The translations under genes were made by a program, and so were the position numbers. 64,000 nucleotides of DNA from assembly GCA_024234055.1 (NCBI GenBank), contig JACKOW010000005.1:186667-250666 (forward strand). The letters run 5' to 3'. Positions 28,753-38,588 of the stretch are shown here, one piece after another. Source of the DNA: Rhodanobacteraceae bacterium (GTDB lineage: Bacteria; Pseudomonadota; Gammaproteobacteria; Xanthomonadales; SZUA-5). The notes below the pieces were generated by a model that was given only the letters and a program-made list of their open reading frames with translations, searched no databases and had not been told where the DNA came from. Each line of letters begins with the position of its first letter. The first letter of the stretch is position 1.

Positions 28753-30135
28753 CTACAACAGCTTCCAGCGCGCCCCCTGCGGGGTGTCCTCAATGACCAC
28801 GCCAAGTTCGGTCAGCTCGTTGCGAATGGCGTCGGCGCGGGCAAAGTCGCGGCGTTCGCGGACTTGCTGGCGTTCGGCCATCAGCGCTTCGATTCGGGGC
28901 ACGTCGATGCTGGCCTTGCCACTCTGGAACCAATCCTGCGGCGTCTGCTGCAGCAATCCCAACCAGGAGCCGGCCGCCAGCAGGCGGGCCTTGGCGCTGG
29001 CCCTTGCCGCCGGGCCTTCCGCTTTCTGCACATCGCGAGACAGCTCGCTCAGGGCCGCCAATGCCTGCGGCGTGCCGAGATCATCGGCCAGCGCAGCTTT
29101 GACGTTGTCGGCCTCCACGGTCACACCTGAGGCATCCACGTCCTCCAGATCGCGCAGCGCGCCGTAGAGTCGGTCGAGCGTGGTCTTGGCCTGTTTCAGC
29201 GCCGACTCCGACCAGTCCAGCGGCTGTCGGTAGTGGGCGTTGAGCAGCAGGTAACGCAGGGCTTCGGCCGGTGCCTGCTCGCGCAGATTCTTGATCAGCA
29301 GCACATTGCCCAGCGATTTGGACATCTTGCGGCCTTCGATGGTGACAAAGCCGTTGTGCATCCACAGCCTGGCGAACTCGGCGCCGCCATGGGCGCAGAC
29401 GCTCTGGGCAATCTCGTTCTCGTGATGTGGAAACTTGAGATCGGCGCCGCCGGCATGGATGTCGATGGTCTGACCGAGGTGCTCCTCGGCCATCACCGAG
29501 CACTCGATATGCCAGCCCGGCCGGCCGCGTCCCCATGGGCTTTCCCAACCCGGCAGATCCGCTGTCGATGGCTTCCAGAGCACGAAGTCGGCGGGATTGC
29601 GCTTGTAAGGTGCCACATCGACACGGGCGCCGGCGATCATTTCCTTGACCGTACGCCGCGACAGCCGGCCATAGCCCTCGTAGGTGTCGACATTGAACAG
29701 CACATGGCCTTCGGCGGCGTAGGCGTGGCCCGAGGCGATCAGGCGCTCGCACATGCGAATGATGCCGGGAATATGGGCCGTCGCCCGCGGTTCCAGGTTG
29801 GGCGCAAATTCGCCGACCACACCAACCGCAGCCATGTCTTCATGAAAGGCCTCGGTGTACTGCGCCGTGACCACATCGATGCCGACTCCACGCTCGGCCG
29901 CCGCGGCGTTGATCTTGTCGTCGACGTCAGTGATGTTGCGGGCGTAGTCCAGATGCGCGAACTGGTCGCGCAGCAGTTTGGCGAGAACGCCGAACACCGT
30001 GTACGGCCGGGCATTGCCGATATGTGCGTAGTTGTAGACCGTGGGTCCACACACATACATCGTCACCCGATCGGGACGCGCGGGCGTGAAGCGCTCCAAC
30101 TGGCGAGTGAGGGTGTTGTAGAGGTGCAGATCCAT
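28753..30135 (-). CDS. cysS: cysteine--tRNA ligase
   Basis: [18 protein letters not shown] (HIGH region) and KMSKSLGN (KMSKS loop). 460 aa. Confidence 0.95.
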   Translation of the reverse strand: MDLHLYNTLTRQLERFTPARPDRVTMYVCGPTVYNYAHIGNARPYTVFGVLAKLLRDQFAHLDYARNITDVDDKINAAAAERGVGIDVVTAQYTEAFHEDMAAVGVVGEFAPNLEPRATAHIPGIIRMCERLIASGHAYAAEGHVLFNVDTYEGYGRLSRRTVKEMIAGARVDVAPYKRNPADFVLWKPSTADLPGWESPWGRGRPGWHIECSVMAEEHLGQTIDIHAGGADLKFPHHENEIAQSVCAHGGAEFARLWMHNGFVTIEGRKMSKSLGNVLLIKNLREQAPAEALRYLLLNAHYRQPLDWSESALKQAKTTLDRLYGALRDLEDVDASGVTVEADNVKAALADDLGTPQALAALSELSRDVQKAEGPAARASAKARLLAAGSWLGLLQQTPQDWFQSGKASIDVPRIEALMAERQQVRERRDFARADAIRNELTELGVVIEDTPQGARWKLL

Positions 30136-30298
30136 GGTTTCAGGGCTTTTGATCCGGGATCGATGAATCTAGCAGCGCACCATGGTGCAATGCACCAAGC
30201 GAATGTGGCGGATTTCGCCCTGAACAGCGCCCAATCGGCCCTTGTCGGCGCTTCGGAGCCCGAGCACACTGCACATCCCATCCAGCCAGGAGTCAACC

Positions 30299-30670
30299 AT
30301 GATCGGATACGTCACCCTCGGCACCAACGACATCAACCGCGCTGCGGCCTTCTACGATGCGCTGCTGGGCAGCATCGGCGCCAAGCGCTACATGGAAGGC
30401 GAGCGCTTCATTGCCTGGGCCGTATCACCTGCGCAGCCGGCACTCGGCGTCATCAAGCCTTTCGACGGTCAACCGGCGACTGTGGGCAATGGCATGATGA
30501 TTGCGCTGGTGGTCGACAGCCGAGACAAGGTCGATGCCCTGCACGCCAAGGCACTGGAGCTCGGCGGCAAGGACGAAGGCGCTGCCGGGCCGCGTGGCGA
30601 CACCTTCTACGCCGGCTATTTCCGCGATCTGGACGGCAACAAGCTCAACGTGTTCTGCATGGGCAAGTAG
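30299..30670 (+). CDS. VOC (glyoxalase/bleomycin-resistance/dioxygenase) family protein
   Basis: MIGYVTLGTNDINRAAAFYDALL...YFRDLDGNKLNVF, a typical small VOC protein. ATG at 30299 follows AGGAG. The ORF-track start at 30242 is an extension. Confidence 0.8.
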   Translation: MIGYVTLGTNDINRAAAFYDALLGSIGAKRYMEGERFIAWAVSPAQPALGVIKPFDGQPATVGNGMMIALVVDSRDKVDALHAKALELGGKDEGAAGPRGDTFYAGYFRDLDGNKLNVFCMGK

Positions 30671-30729
30671 GTCTGCTTGCCACCGGTTGCCGGCAGTTCG
30701 CCGGCGACCAGCCAGCCGGCCCAAGGCAA

Positions 30730-31140
30730 TCAGTCGAGCTTGGGCAAGCCGGTTTCCAGCCACCAGATTTCCGCTGCATCGTCGTAGCGCCAGCGCTGGC
30801 GGTCGACGATGCTGCGTACGGTTTGCGTGGCCCGGTCGATCAGTTCGATCTGCACCGTCTGCGTGACCTTGCCATCCGCATCCACCCCCTGCGGACCCTC
30901 GTAGTAACGGGACACCTGGACCTCGGCCCAGCGGGCGCGATCGGCATCGGTGAAGGGATGCTCCTGCATGACGGCGGGATCGACAAAGGCTGCCGCCTGC
31001 TCGATCTCATTCCAGCGGATGGCCGAGGCGTAGTTGTAAAGGCGCGAGCGCAGGCCATCCTTGCGTGCCGCCGAAGCGCAAGCGCCCAGCAGCAGTGCCA
31101 GCAACATGATCAGCATCAGGCGCGTACGCATGGGGCTCAT
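30730..31140 (-). CDS. lipoprotein of unknown function
   Basis: MSPMRTRLMLIMLLALLLGAC contains the lipobox LLGAC. The ATG at 31140 overlaps the upstream stop (ATGA). Confidence 0.7.
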   Translation of the reverse strand: MSPMRTRLMLIMLLALLLGACASAARKDGLRSRLYNYASAIRWNEIEQAAAFVDPAVMQEHPFTDADRARWAEVQVSRYYEGPQGVDADGKVTQTVQIELIDRATQTVRSIVDRQRWRYDDAAEIWWLETGLPKLD

Positions 31141-31616
31141 TCGGTGTTCTCCTGTCGTCGCTTGGCTACAAAACGGGCAGTCATCCTGGCCGCAGTCTGA
31201 CCATCCCAATCGATGTTTGCCAGCAAGGTGATCCTGGCCTTGCCGCGCTGCGCCTGCATCTCGACAAAGTCTGCCAGCCTGTGGCCCGGCGCGGCGAGTG
31301 CGTGTACGGCAAGATCGCCCCAGACCGGCGCCAGATACTCGATCTGTGAATCCTGCACGTAGATATCGGGTTCGGCATTGCACTCGCGCAGCGCCAGACG
31401 CGCGAGACCCCAGCAGGCCAGTGTCATCAGGCTGGCCATGCTGCCACCGAATGCACAACCCTTGTCATTGATATTGGGCACCAGAGGCGCACGCAGTTCG
31501 AGGCCAAGGCCGGTGAATGCGTGCACTCGCAGCTGCATCGCCCGTGTCAGCGGAATGGTGCGCAGCAGTTCCTCTTCCAGAAATTGCTCAGGCGTGATGT
31601 CGGCGGTCCTGTTCAT
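31137..31616 (-). CDS. hot-dog-fold thioesterase (YiiD C-terminal / PaaI-like)
   Basis: 159 aa. IPLTRAMQLRVHAFTGLGLELRAPLVPNINDKGCAFGGSMASL matches the YiiD_C-type thioesterase pattern as I recall it. Both ends overlap neighbours as ATGA. Confidence 0.6.
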   Translation of the reverse strand: MNRTADITPEQFLEEELLRTIPLTRAMQLRVHAFTGLGLELRAPLVPNINDKGCAFGGSMASLMTLACWGLARLALRECNAEPDIYVQDSQIEYLAPVWGDLAVHALAAPGHRLADFVEMQAQRGKARITLLANIDWDGQTAARMTARFVAKRRQENTE

Positions 31617-32701
31617 GATGGGTGCTCCGACGCCGGCTCGCCAGTCTGGGTGACATCGGGCAGCGCACGCAGCAAGTGCTCGGCTTCGGAGGCCAGAGCA
31701 TGGCTGCTGCCCGCGAGGTGAGCAAGGGCGATGCGCGCCTGCGGCAGGTCGACTGCGGCCATGGTTCGAGCCAGCGCCAGCGCCAGCTGCGGGCTGCGTT
31801 GGCTGGCATAGGCCTGCCGATACAAGGGATAGGCGGCGCGAGCACCCGCCAGTTGCTCCACCGTGCGCGCCAGTTCCACCAGTTCGGGCATCTCGATACG
31901 ACCCTGGCGGCGCCGTTCCTCCAGTTCGCGCACCCGCGAGCGGGCCGCGCTCTGGGCTCGGTGGCGGGCCGACCAGCTCGGGCTCAGCAGGGCCACGAAG
32001 GGCGACTCCAGAGCAGTCCACAAGCGGCCGATCATGCCTTCCCAGAGCCAGGCCGACGCCGCCGTGCGATGGCTGCCACCCTCCAGCACGGGCTCGCCCA
32101 GGACCAGTATCCGGGCGCCGGCAGCCGGCTCCTGCAGCGCCCGCGCCAGCGCAGGCTGCCAGCCAGCTCGACCACAGGCCAGTATCCGCTGACGCAACTG
32201 GTCGAAGGCTCCCGCCGGTGGCTCGGGCTGTTGCCGGGCATCCTGGTTGAACCCGGCAAACCAGTGCTCTGCCCCCACGTACTCGGCCGCCAGCAGTCGA
32301 GTCAGCGTGCGCAGCAACAGCGGCGTCCCCAACAGCTCGGCGACTCGTCCGTCGCCAGCACCGGCGGCACTCAATCCGATACCCACGCTCTCGCCCAGCA
32401 GCGCCAAGGCCAGCGCGGCTCGCAGCTCATCGGCATCGAGCAGGTGCAGAATCGGCCAGCCCAAGGCCAGCGTGCGCTTGCGCGTGGGCCCCAACCAGCC
32501 GCGATGGCGGTAAAGGCGCAGAGAGAACTCGGCCGTGAACACGGTGCGCTGCGGTTTCGGGCAGCGCAGCGTGGCGCATAGAGCTTCGATCTCGCGCGTC
32601 AGTTGCGGCGCATCCTCGCGATCCAGCGGCGATCCCTGAGGCTCGCCATTGCCCTTGAGCTGGCTGCCCTGTATGCAGACATCCAGACTGTTGGTGCGCA
32701 T
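31613..32701 (-). CDS. hypothetical protein (Ala/Leu/Arg-rich, helical); first gene of a three-gene coupled operon
   Basis: 362-aa ORF in the correct codon-bias frame. No motif recognised and no HExxH. Coupled to the thioesterase gene by an ATGA overlap. Confidence 0.55.
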   Translation of the reverse strand: MRTNSLDVCIQGSQLKGNGEPQGSPLDREDAPQLTREIEALCATLRCPKPQRTVFTAEFSLRLYRHRGWLGPTRKRTLALGWPILHLLDADELRAALALALLGESVGIGLSAAGAGDGRVAELLGTPLLLRTLTRLLAAEYVGAEHWFAGFNQDARQQPEPPAGAFDQLRQRILACGRAGWQPALARALQEPAAGARILVLGEPVLEGGSHRTAASAWLWEGMIGRLWTALESPFVALLSPSWSARHRAQSAARSRVRELEERRRQGRIEMPELVELARTVEQLAGARAAYPLYRQAYASQRSPQLALALARTMAAVDLPQARIALAHLAGSSHALASEAEHLLRALPDVTQTGEPASEHPS

Positions 32702-32914
32702 GTCTCACTCCCCTGTGCACCCGCACGCTACTCGCGCAAGCCGGCGCGATGCAAGCGTGCCGGGATCACTCAGGCTCGACCGCTCGACCGAGACTGGTAG
32801 ACATTGGTCCATGATCAAGGCGCACTCACGCGTCCGCCGCTAGAATCGGGCGCCTCGACCGCCAGAGCTCTCCCCGCGGTCAGCGTCGAAAGCAGAATTC
32901 AAAGGAATGAAAAC

Positions 32915-33961
32915 ATGACCATTGATACGGATGTTGTCATCGTCGGAGCCGGCCCGGTGGGCCTGTTCCAGGTATTCGAACTCGGCCTGCTTGGCATCAA
33001 GGCGCACGTCATTGACGCCCTGCCGGTCGCCGGGGGCCAGTGCATCGAGTTGTATCCGGACAAGCCGATCTACGATATCCCGGCAGTCCCGGTGTGCACC
33101 GGCAAGGAGCTCACCGACAACCTGATGCAGCAGATTGCGCCCTTCCATCCGGAGTTCCATCTGGATCAGGAAGTGGCCGAGGTGCGCAAGCTCGATGACA
33201 GCCAGTTCGAGGTCATCACCAGCAAGGGCACGCGCTTTGTCACCCGGGCGGTGATCGTGGCCGCAGGCCTTGGCGCCTTCCAGCCGCGCAAGGTTCCCGT
33301 TGCCGGCGCCGACGCCTTCGAAGGCCGCCAGATCCATTATTCGGTGAAGAATCCCGAGCAGTTCCGCGGCAAGGATCTGGTCATTCTTGGCGGCGGTGAC
33401 TCGGCGCTGGATTGGGTGCTGGCGTTGAAACCCATTGCCCAAAGCGTGCTGCTGATCCATCGCTCCAACGAATTCCGTGCGGCGCCGGCTTCGGTCGCCA
33501 AGATGCGCGCCCTGTGCGACGAGCAGCAGATGCAGCTGATGATCGGCAATGTCACTGGCATCAAGACCGAAGGCGACGGGCTCAAGGCGATCAGCGTGAT
33601 CGCAGCCGATGCCGTCACGCGAGTGGTCGGGTTCGATCATCTGCTGGCTTTCTACGGCCTCTCGCCCAAGCTCGGGCCGATCGCCACCTGGGGCCTGGGC
33701 ATCGACAAGAACCAGATCCAGGTCGATACCGAGCGCTTCGAAACCAACATCCCGGGCATCTACGCCGTGGGTGACATCAATACCTATCCGGGCAAGAAGA
33801 AGCTGATCCTGTGCGGTTTCCATGAAGCGGCGCTGGCAGCCTTCGCGATCAAGGCGCGCCTGAATCCGGGGGCCAAGGTCCATTTGCAGTACACCACCAC
33901 CAGTCCGATCATGCACCAGCGCCTGGGCGTCAGTCCGGCGGTTGAGCTGTCGGCGATCTAG
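32915..33961 (+). CDS. ferredoxin--NADP(+) reductase, thioredoxin-reductase-like type
   Basis: [18 protein letters not shown] (FAD GxGxxG), [28 protein letters not shown] (NADPH site) and [16 protein letters not shown] are characteristic of TrxR-like FNR. ATG at 32915. Confidence 0.88.
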   Translation: MTIDTDVVIVGAGPVGLFQVFELGLLGIKAHVIDALPVAGGQCIELYPDKPIYDIPAVPVCTGKELTDNLMQQIAPFHPEFHLDQEVAEVRKLDDSQFEVITSKGTRFVTRAVIVAAGLGAFQPRKVPVAGADAFEGRQIHYSVKNPEQFRGKDLVILGGGDSALDWVLALKPIAQSVLLIHRSNEFRAAPASVAKMRALCDEQQMQLMIGNVTGIKTEGDGLKAISVIAADAVTRVVGFDHLLAFYGLSPKLGPIATWGLGIDKNQIQVDTERFETNIPGIYAVGDINTYPGKKKLILCGFHEAALAAFAIKARLNPGAKVHLQYTTTSPIMHQRLGVSPAVELSAI

Positions 33962-33976
33962 CAGGCGGAGACGGTC

Positions 33977-34249
33977 GTGATGAGCGAACTCGAGATCCTG
34001 CATCAGCCCGAGCGTCGGCGGTTCGTGGTCACCGCCGACGGCGCCGACGCCTTCGTCGAATATCGAATGCTCGCCCCCGAAGTCATCGATTTCGTCCACA
34101 CCTACACGCCGGCGCAGCTGCGCGGGCGGGGCCTGGCTGGCGAGTTGGTAGCGTATGCGGTGAATTACGCCCGACAGCAGGGCTGGCGCGTGATCGGCAG
34201 TTGCAGCTATGTCGCGACCTGGCTGGAGAAGCATCCGGCGGGGAGCTAG
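33977..34249 (+). CDS. small GNAT-like protein (YjdJ-type)
   Basis: 90 aa. RRFVVTADGADAFVEYR...HTYTPAQLRGRGLAGELV...SCSYV matches the short GNAT-like family pattern. Confidence 0.7.
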   Translation: MMSELEILHQPERRRFVVTADGADAFVEYRMLAPEVIDFVHTYTPAQLRGRGLAGELVAYAVNYARQQGWRVIGSCSYVATWLEKHPAGS

Positions 34250-34289
34250 AAATGCCGCGCCGACGGGGCGTGCGGCTTTCCGTTGATGT

Positions 34290-34540
34290 CCTGAGTCCTG
34301 TAGGAGGGGCGGGGGGCAGGGGCCCGACCTCGGCGCACGATGAGAATCTGCGTCGTGCATGGACACTGTCGCCCTGTTCCTGGTTTGAACGCTCGCATGC
34401 GCGCCAATTATTGCTCTTACAAAAGGCAGCGATGCGATGATCAAACCTGATCAGTGAGTGACGAACCTCCAGATTCGCCGCACCGTCCGTTGGCACCGCT
34501 ATCCTGGACCCCTGCCCCCTGCCCCCTGCCCCGGCTTGTC
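34290..34540. repeat. G-rich tract / low-GC spacer / C-rich tract inverted arrangement
   Basis: GGAGGGGCGGGGGGCAGGGGCCCGACCTCGGCGCACGAT (compare 10262-10300) faces GGACCCCTGCCCCCTGCCCCCTGCCCCGG at about 34505-34535. The spacer is AT-richer. Confidence 0.7.
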
Positions 34541-34602
34541 AAAGCTGCAGACCAAAAAACTCGGCACGATCGACACGGTGCGATGAGGCGCCGGCCCACC
34601 GC

Positions 34603-34899
34603 CTACGGCCGCTGATCGCGCCTGATCACCACATACTCGGCGTCGATGATGGTTTCGCCGCTGCGCTGCCGGGTGCCCGGAGCGGTGGGTTTGGCGACGC
34701 CGGGGATGATCGGCTTGCCCCAGCGCAGTCGCGCCCAGGCAATCAATCCGCCGACCGCCGCAATACCCAGCAGCGCGGCACCGACAAAGAAACCGAACAC
34801 CAGCACAGCGCCGACCATGGCCAGCCCCAGCAGCCAGAAGACGGCGGCGATCAGGCGCTGGGTCCAGGGGACGGAACCGCCAAGCAGAGGTTGATTCAA
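34603..34899 (-). CDS. small membrane protein, unknown function
   Basis: Two predicted TM helices (RLIAAVFWLLGLAMVGAVLVFGFFVGAALLGIAAVGGLIAWA). Start proposed at TTG 34899, 7 nt after GGAG. The longer ORF-track version would overlap the divergent Rieske gene. Confidence 0.4.
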   Translation of the reverse strand: MNQPLLGGSVPWTQRLIAAVFWLLGLAMVGAVLVFGFFVGAALLGIAAVGGLIAWARLRWGKPIIPGVAKPTAPGTRQRSGETIIDAEYVVIRRDQRP

Positions 34900-34963
34900 G
34901 ATCGACTCCAGAGTGTCGGATATGGATAGTGTGCAGGACCAAGCTTTAAGCGGGAGTGAAGCA

Positions 34964-35323
34964 GTGAGCGAGAAACTGTGTGCCCTGTCGGATCTGGCCG
35001 AAGGCAGCGCCATGGAGTGTGCCGATCCGCGTGAACCCGAGGGTGCCACGCTGGTGCTGCTGCGCAGCGGTGATCAGGTGCACGCCTATCTGAACGTCTG
35101 TCCGCACGCCGGCCGGCCACTGAACTGGGCGCCGGGACGCTTCCTCTATGCCCACGGCCAACTGGTCTGCGCCGCCACGGCGCCGCTTTCCGTCCCGAAG
35201 ACGGCTATTGCATCAGCGGCCCCTGCCGCGGTGAATCCCCTGCGGCGGGTGGCAATTTCGATCGAAGGCGATGCGGTCCATCTGGCGGGAGTGCGGATTC
35301 GTAGGTCGGGCTCGCCGGACTAA
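34964..35323 (+). CDS. Rieske [2Fe-2S] domain protein; second cluster-binding motif is out of frame (see finding)
   Basis: LNVCPHAG supplies the first CxH box. The expected CxxH box reads LVCAAT in frame. The alternative frame across 35173..35239 reads RHGAAFRPEDGYCISGPCRGES. GTG at 34964 follows GGGAG; the ORF-track start is 34913. Confidence 0.65.
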   Translation: MSEKLCALSDLAEGSAMECADPREPEGATLVLLRSGDQVHAYLNVCPHAGRPLNWAPGRFLYAHGQLVCAATAPLSVPKTAIASAAPAAVNPLRRVAISIEGDAVHLAGVRIRRSGSPD

Positions 35324-35368
35324 TGAGAACCTGAGGTTCGCCGCTGATCGTGACTCGAAAGCATTTTC

Positions 35369-35489
35369 TGTCCGCAAAGGACGCGAAGGGCAAGGACAGC
35401 AATTATCGAATCTGCTCGGGATGAACCGGGGCGCCTTCACTATTGAGGGCACTTGCCCTTCTCTGCGTCCTTGGCGTCCTTTGCGGACA
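35369..35489. repeat. imperfect long inverted repeat
   Basis: TGTCCGCAAAGGACGC..GAAGGGCAAG (35369-35395) pairs with CTTGCCCTTC...GCGTCCTTTGCGGACA (35452-35489). Confidence 0.7.
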
Positions 35490-35577
35490 AATGGCTTTGA
35501 TCAGTGCCTTTCGGCATGTTCGGCGAACATCTCGGACGCCCCTGCGGCGTGCCTGTTCGCGAATCGAAGGTGCTCTG

Positions 35578-35725
35578 GAGGGCACAGGGCACGAGGGCAC
35601 GGGCATTGAGGGAACTGAGGCACGAGCCTGGCACGAGGGCACGCAAAGGCAGCATAGAGGCAAGCTGTTGGTCTTGCGTGCCCCTCTCGCCCTCGTGCTC
35701 CTCGTGCCCTCGTGCGCCCCTAAAA
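35578..35725. repeat. degenerate G-rich heptamer tract facing its C-rich complement (hairpin-capable)
   Basis: GGGCACAGGGCACGAGGGCACGGGC...GGCACGAGGGCACGC, a loop, then GCGTGCCCCTCTCGCCCTCGTGCTCCTCGTGCCCTCGTGCGCCCC. Confidence 0.7.
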
Positions 35726-35849
35726 CCACCACGTCACCATCAGCACTGAACAATGGCGAACAACAGCGTAGCGGCAGGCGATCCGCAGAAGTGCCTGCGC
35801 GGTAGCCCACCCGGGCCGCTGATCAGCGAATTGACCGGGTTGCTCGCGG

Positions 35850-37553
35850 TCAGGAAGTTGTTGACGCGCCCAGGGCGGCGATCAGTGCGAATTCCAGCGG
35901 ACTGGCATTCGCGGCCAGCGCCAGGTTGATGGCCATCGGCACCATCAGCACGGCGGCGCCGACCTGCGAAATCGCCATCGCCGCCATCGCCGTCAGAATG
36001 GCCACGGCGAACTGCAGCAGCCAGATCGGCCAGCCGCCGAGGTAGACGAAGGCCTCCTGCGAGATCCAGGCCGCAGTGCCGGTGCTGTCGACGGCATTGC
36101 CGAGTGGAATCAGGCAGGCCAGCACGAAGATCGACTTCCAGCTGATCGCCTTGTAGGCCTCGTCCATGCTGATCACGCCGGTCAGCAGCATGCCGACCGC
36201 CCCGCCGAGCAGGGCCACCGGCAGCGGGAAATGCCCGGCCAGCGCCAGCGTGAAGCCGAGCGCGAAGAAACTCACCGCGAACCACAGTTTCTGCGGCCGC
36301 TGCTCGTCCTGGGGATAGTCGGTGACCACGACGAAATCCTTTTCGTGCGCGTGTTCAGCCAGCTCCGGCCAACCGCCGTGGAACACCAGACAGTCACCGG
36401 GGCGCACTTCGATGCGCCGGATATCCTCGCGGTAGACCTCCTCGCCGCGGGTCAGAGCCAGCGGGCTGATGCCATAGCGCTTGCGCAGGCGCAACTCGCC
36501 CACGGTCTTGCCGACGAAGCGCGAGCCGGGGGGAATCACCGCCTCGGAAATGCCGGATCGGGCCGGGTTGAAGGCCTCCTCCAACTGTCGCACATTCGGC
36601 GCCAGTGACAGGCCGTACTCGCTGGCAAAGCGCTCCACTGTCTCCGGTGGCCCCAGTGCTCCGATCACGGTGCTCTGCGAGAGCAGCTGATCGCCGGCCG
36701 GCGCCACGCGCACGCCCTGATTGTCCTTGATCGCCAGAATCAACGGCGCACCCGACAGCGTCTCTGCTTCCTGGATGCTCTGGCCGATCAAGGCACTGCC
36801 GGCTTCTACCGTCAGCTCGTAGACCTCACCGCGGATGCCGTAGACCTGTTCGAAGTAGCTTTCGGTGGTGCCCGGCGTGACCGGCAGGCGGTCATCCTGG
36901 GAGGTCAGCAAGCGACTGCCGAAGAAGCGGAAATAGGCGATCCCCGACAGGAACAGCGCCAGTCCCACCGGCAGTACCGCAAACAGGGGCAGCGCGCGCA
37001 ACGATTCCGCACCCGAGGGCAGGTTGCGGTTGGCCGCCAGCAGCAAATCATTCAGCAGGATCATGGGCGAGCTGCCGACCATGCTCATGCTGCCACCCAG
37101 CACCACGCAGAAACCCATCGGCATCAGCAGATGCGACAGCGGATAACCGGTGCGCGCGGCAATTCGGCTGGCCACCGGCAGGAACAATGCCACGACGGCC
37201 GGATTCTGCATGAAGGCGCTGGTGCTGCCGGCGACCAGCGACAGTGCCACCACCAGATGTTTTTCATTGCCGCGCGACAGTTTCAACACCAGACTGGCGG
37301 CGTGCCCCATGACCCCGGTGCGATCGAGTCCGGCACCGAGCACCATCACCGCGAGAATCGACATCACGGCGTTGGAGGCAAATCCATCGAAAAGGCGATC
37401 GACTGGCACCAGCTGGGTCAGGCCCAGCACCACCAGAATCACCAGCCCCGCCACATCCGCCGAGACCCACTCACGGACGAAGAGCACCACCGTCAGGCAC
37501 AGAATGCCCAGGACCAGGGCCATGTCGAAGGAAAGTGTCAGCGCACCATCCAT
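35850..37553 (-). CDS. SLC13/DASS-family anion permease with central TrkA-C (RCK_C) domains
   Basis: 567 aa. The TM-rich N- and C-terminal halves flank about 200 soluble residues containing two TrkA-C-like segments (YELTVEAGSALIGQSIQE..., EAVIPPGSRFVGKTVGEL...). This is the typical SLC13 permease architecture. Confidence 0.85.
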   Translation of the reverse strand: MDGALTLSFDMALVLGILCLTVVLFVREWVSADVAGLVILVVLGLTQLVPVDRLFDGFASNAVMSILAVMVLGAGLDRTGVMGHAASLVLKLSRGNEKHLVVALSLVAGSTSAFMQNPAVVALFLPVASRIAARTGYPLSHLLMPMGFCVVLGGSMSMVGSSPMILLNDLLLAANRNLPSGAESLRALPLFAVLPVGLALFLSGIAYFRFFGSRLLTSQDDRLPVTPGTTESYFEQVYGIRGEVYELTVEAGSALIGQSIQEAETLSGAPLILAIKDNQGVRVAPAGDQLLSQSTVIGALGPPETVERFASEYGLSLAPNVRQLEEAFNPARSGISEAVIPPGSRFVGKTVGELRLRKRYGISPLALTRGEEVYREDIRRIEVRPGDCLVFHGGWPELAEHAHEKDFVVVTDYPQDEQRPQKLWFAVSFFALGFTLALAGHFPLPVALLGGAVGMLLTGVISMDEAYKAISWKSIFVLACLIPLGNAVDSTGTAAWISQEAFVYLGGWPIWLLQFAVAILTAMAAMAISQVGAAVLMVPMAINLALAANASPLEFALIAALGASTTS

Positions 37554-37880
37554 CTCTGCTCGGGAATCTCCTCGACGGCGGGGAAAGCCGATTCCCGATA
37601 TTAAGATGTTGTTAAACCCAAAAGTACCCCTATCGCACCCGAGCTTGCGCCTTGTTCAGGGCAATGGCGGGGCATGTGGCCAACGGCGCGGGCCCTTTGG
37701 CGGAAAGAAGCGCCAACGCTGAGAACGCCGAGGATCGCGGAGAACGCAAAGAGTAGCCCGGGTAAGCCGAAGGCGCACCCGGGGAGGCGCGGAGGCCACG
37801 GAGAAAGGCCAAACACCAACAGGACGGATGCTCGTCTCCGCGCTCTCCGCCCCTCCGCGTGAACGCCTGCCGAAAATCAG

Positions 37881-38588
37881 CTAAAGCCGCTCATAGACCA
37901 TATCCCAGACCCCATGCCCGAGCTTGCGGCCACGGCGCTCGAAATGGGTTTCGATACGGCCTTCGGGCTTGGGCACATAGCCGGCTTCACCGCCGGTATT
38001 GCGGAACTGCGGATGCACGTCGAGCACTTCGCGCATCCACAGCGCATAGGGCTCCCAGTCGGTGGCCAGGTGGAAGCGACCCCCTCGAAGCAGCCGGCTG
38101 GCCACCAGATCGCAGAAGGGCGTCTGCACGATGCGGCGCTTGTGGTGGCGCTTCTTGTGCCAGGGATCGGGAAAATACAGACGCACCTCATCCAGGCTGC
38201 CGGGCGCTATCCCCTCGCGCAGCACTTCGACCGCATCGGCCGAGATCACTCGGACATTGTCCAGATTCTCCGCCGCCAGCTGTCGCAACAATCGACCCAC
38301 ACCCGGCCGGTGGACTTCGATGCCCAGATAATTGCGCCCGGGATCGGCCGCGGCAGCAGCACCGAGGGCTTCGCCATTGCCGAAACCGATTTCCACGACC
38401 ACCGGTTGCTCGGTGCTGAACCAGCTGGCCGGATGCGCCATCGACCGCGGCCAATCCAGGCCAAAGCGCGGCCAGTCCCGTTCCAGCGCCTCGCGCTGGG
38501 CCTCGGTGGTTCGGCCCTGACGCAGCACGAAACTTCGGATTTCGCGATGCAGGGGCTTCCCGTCCGTGGGTGTGCGCTCCTCGGTCAT
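37881..38588 (-). CDS. trmB: tRNA (guanine46-N7)-methyltransferase
   Basis: [13 protein letters not shown] (SAM motif), [22 protein letters not shown]. The ATG overlaps the thiG stop (ATGA). Confidence 0.92.
   Translation of the reverse strand: MTEERTPTDGKPLHREIRSFVLRQGRTTEAQREALERDWPRFGLDWPRSMAHPASWFSTEQPVVVEIGFGNGEALGAAAAADPGRNYLGIEVHRPGVGRLLRQLAAENLDNVRVISADAVEVLREGIAPGSLDEVRLYFPDPWHKKRHHKRRIVQTPFCDLVASRLLRGGRFHLATDWEPYALWMREVLDVHPQFRNTGGEAGYVPKPEGRIETHFERRGRKLGHGVWDMVYERL

Noticed and set aside
37560-37880. Possible small RNA or repeat in the 320-bp gap between the SLC13 permease and trmB (GAGAACGCCGAGGATCGCGGAGAACGCAAAGAG-type purine-rich motifs).
   Set aside because: Only weak, degenerate similarity to other tracts such as 35369-35395. 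I could not define a clear hairpin, TIR or second copy, so it is left unannotated.
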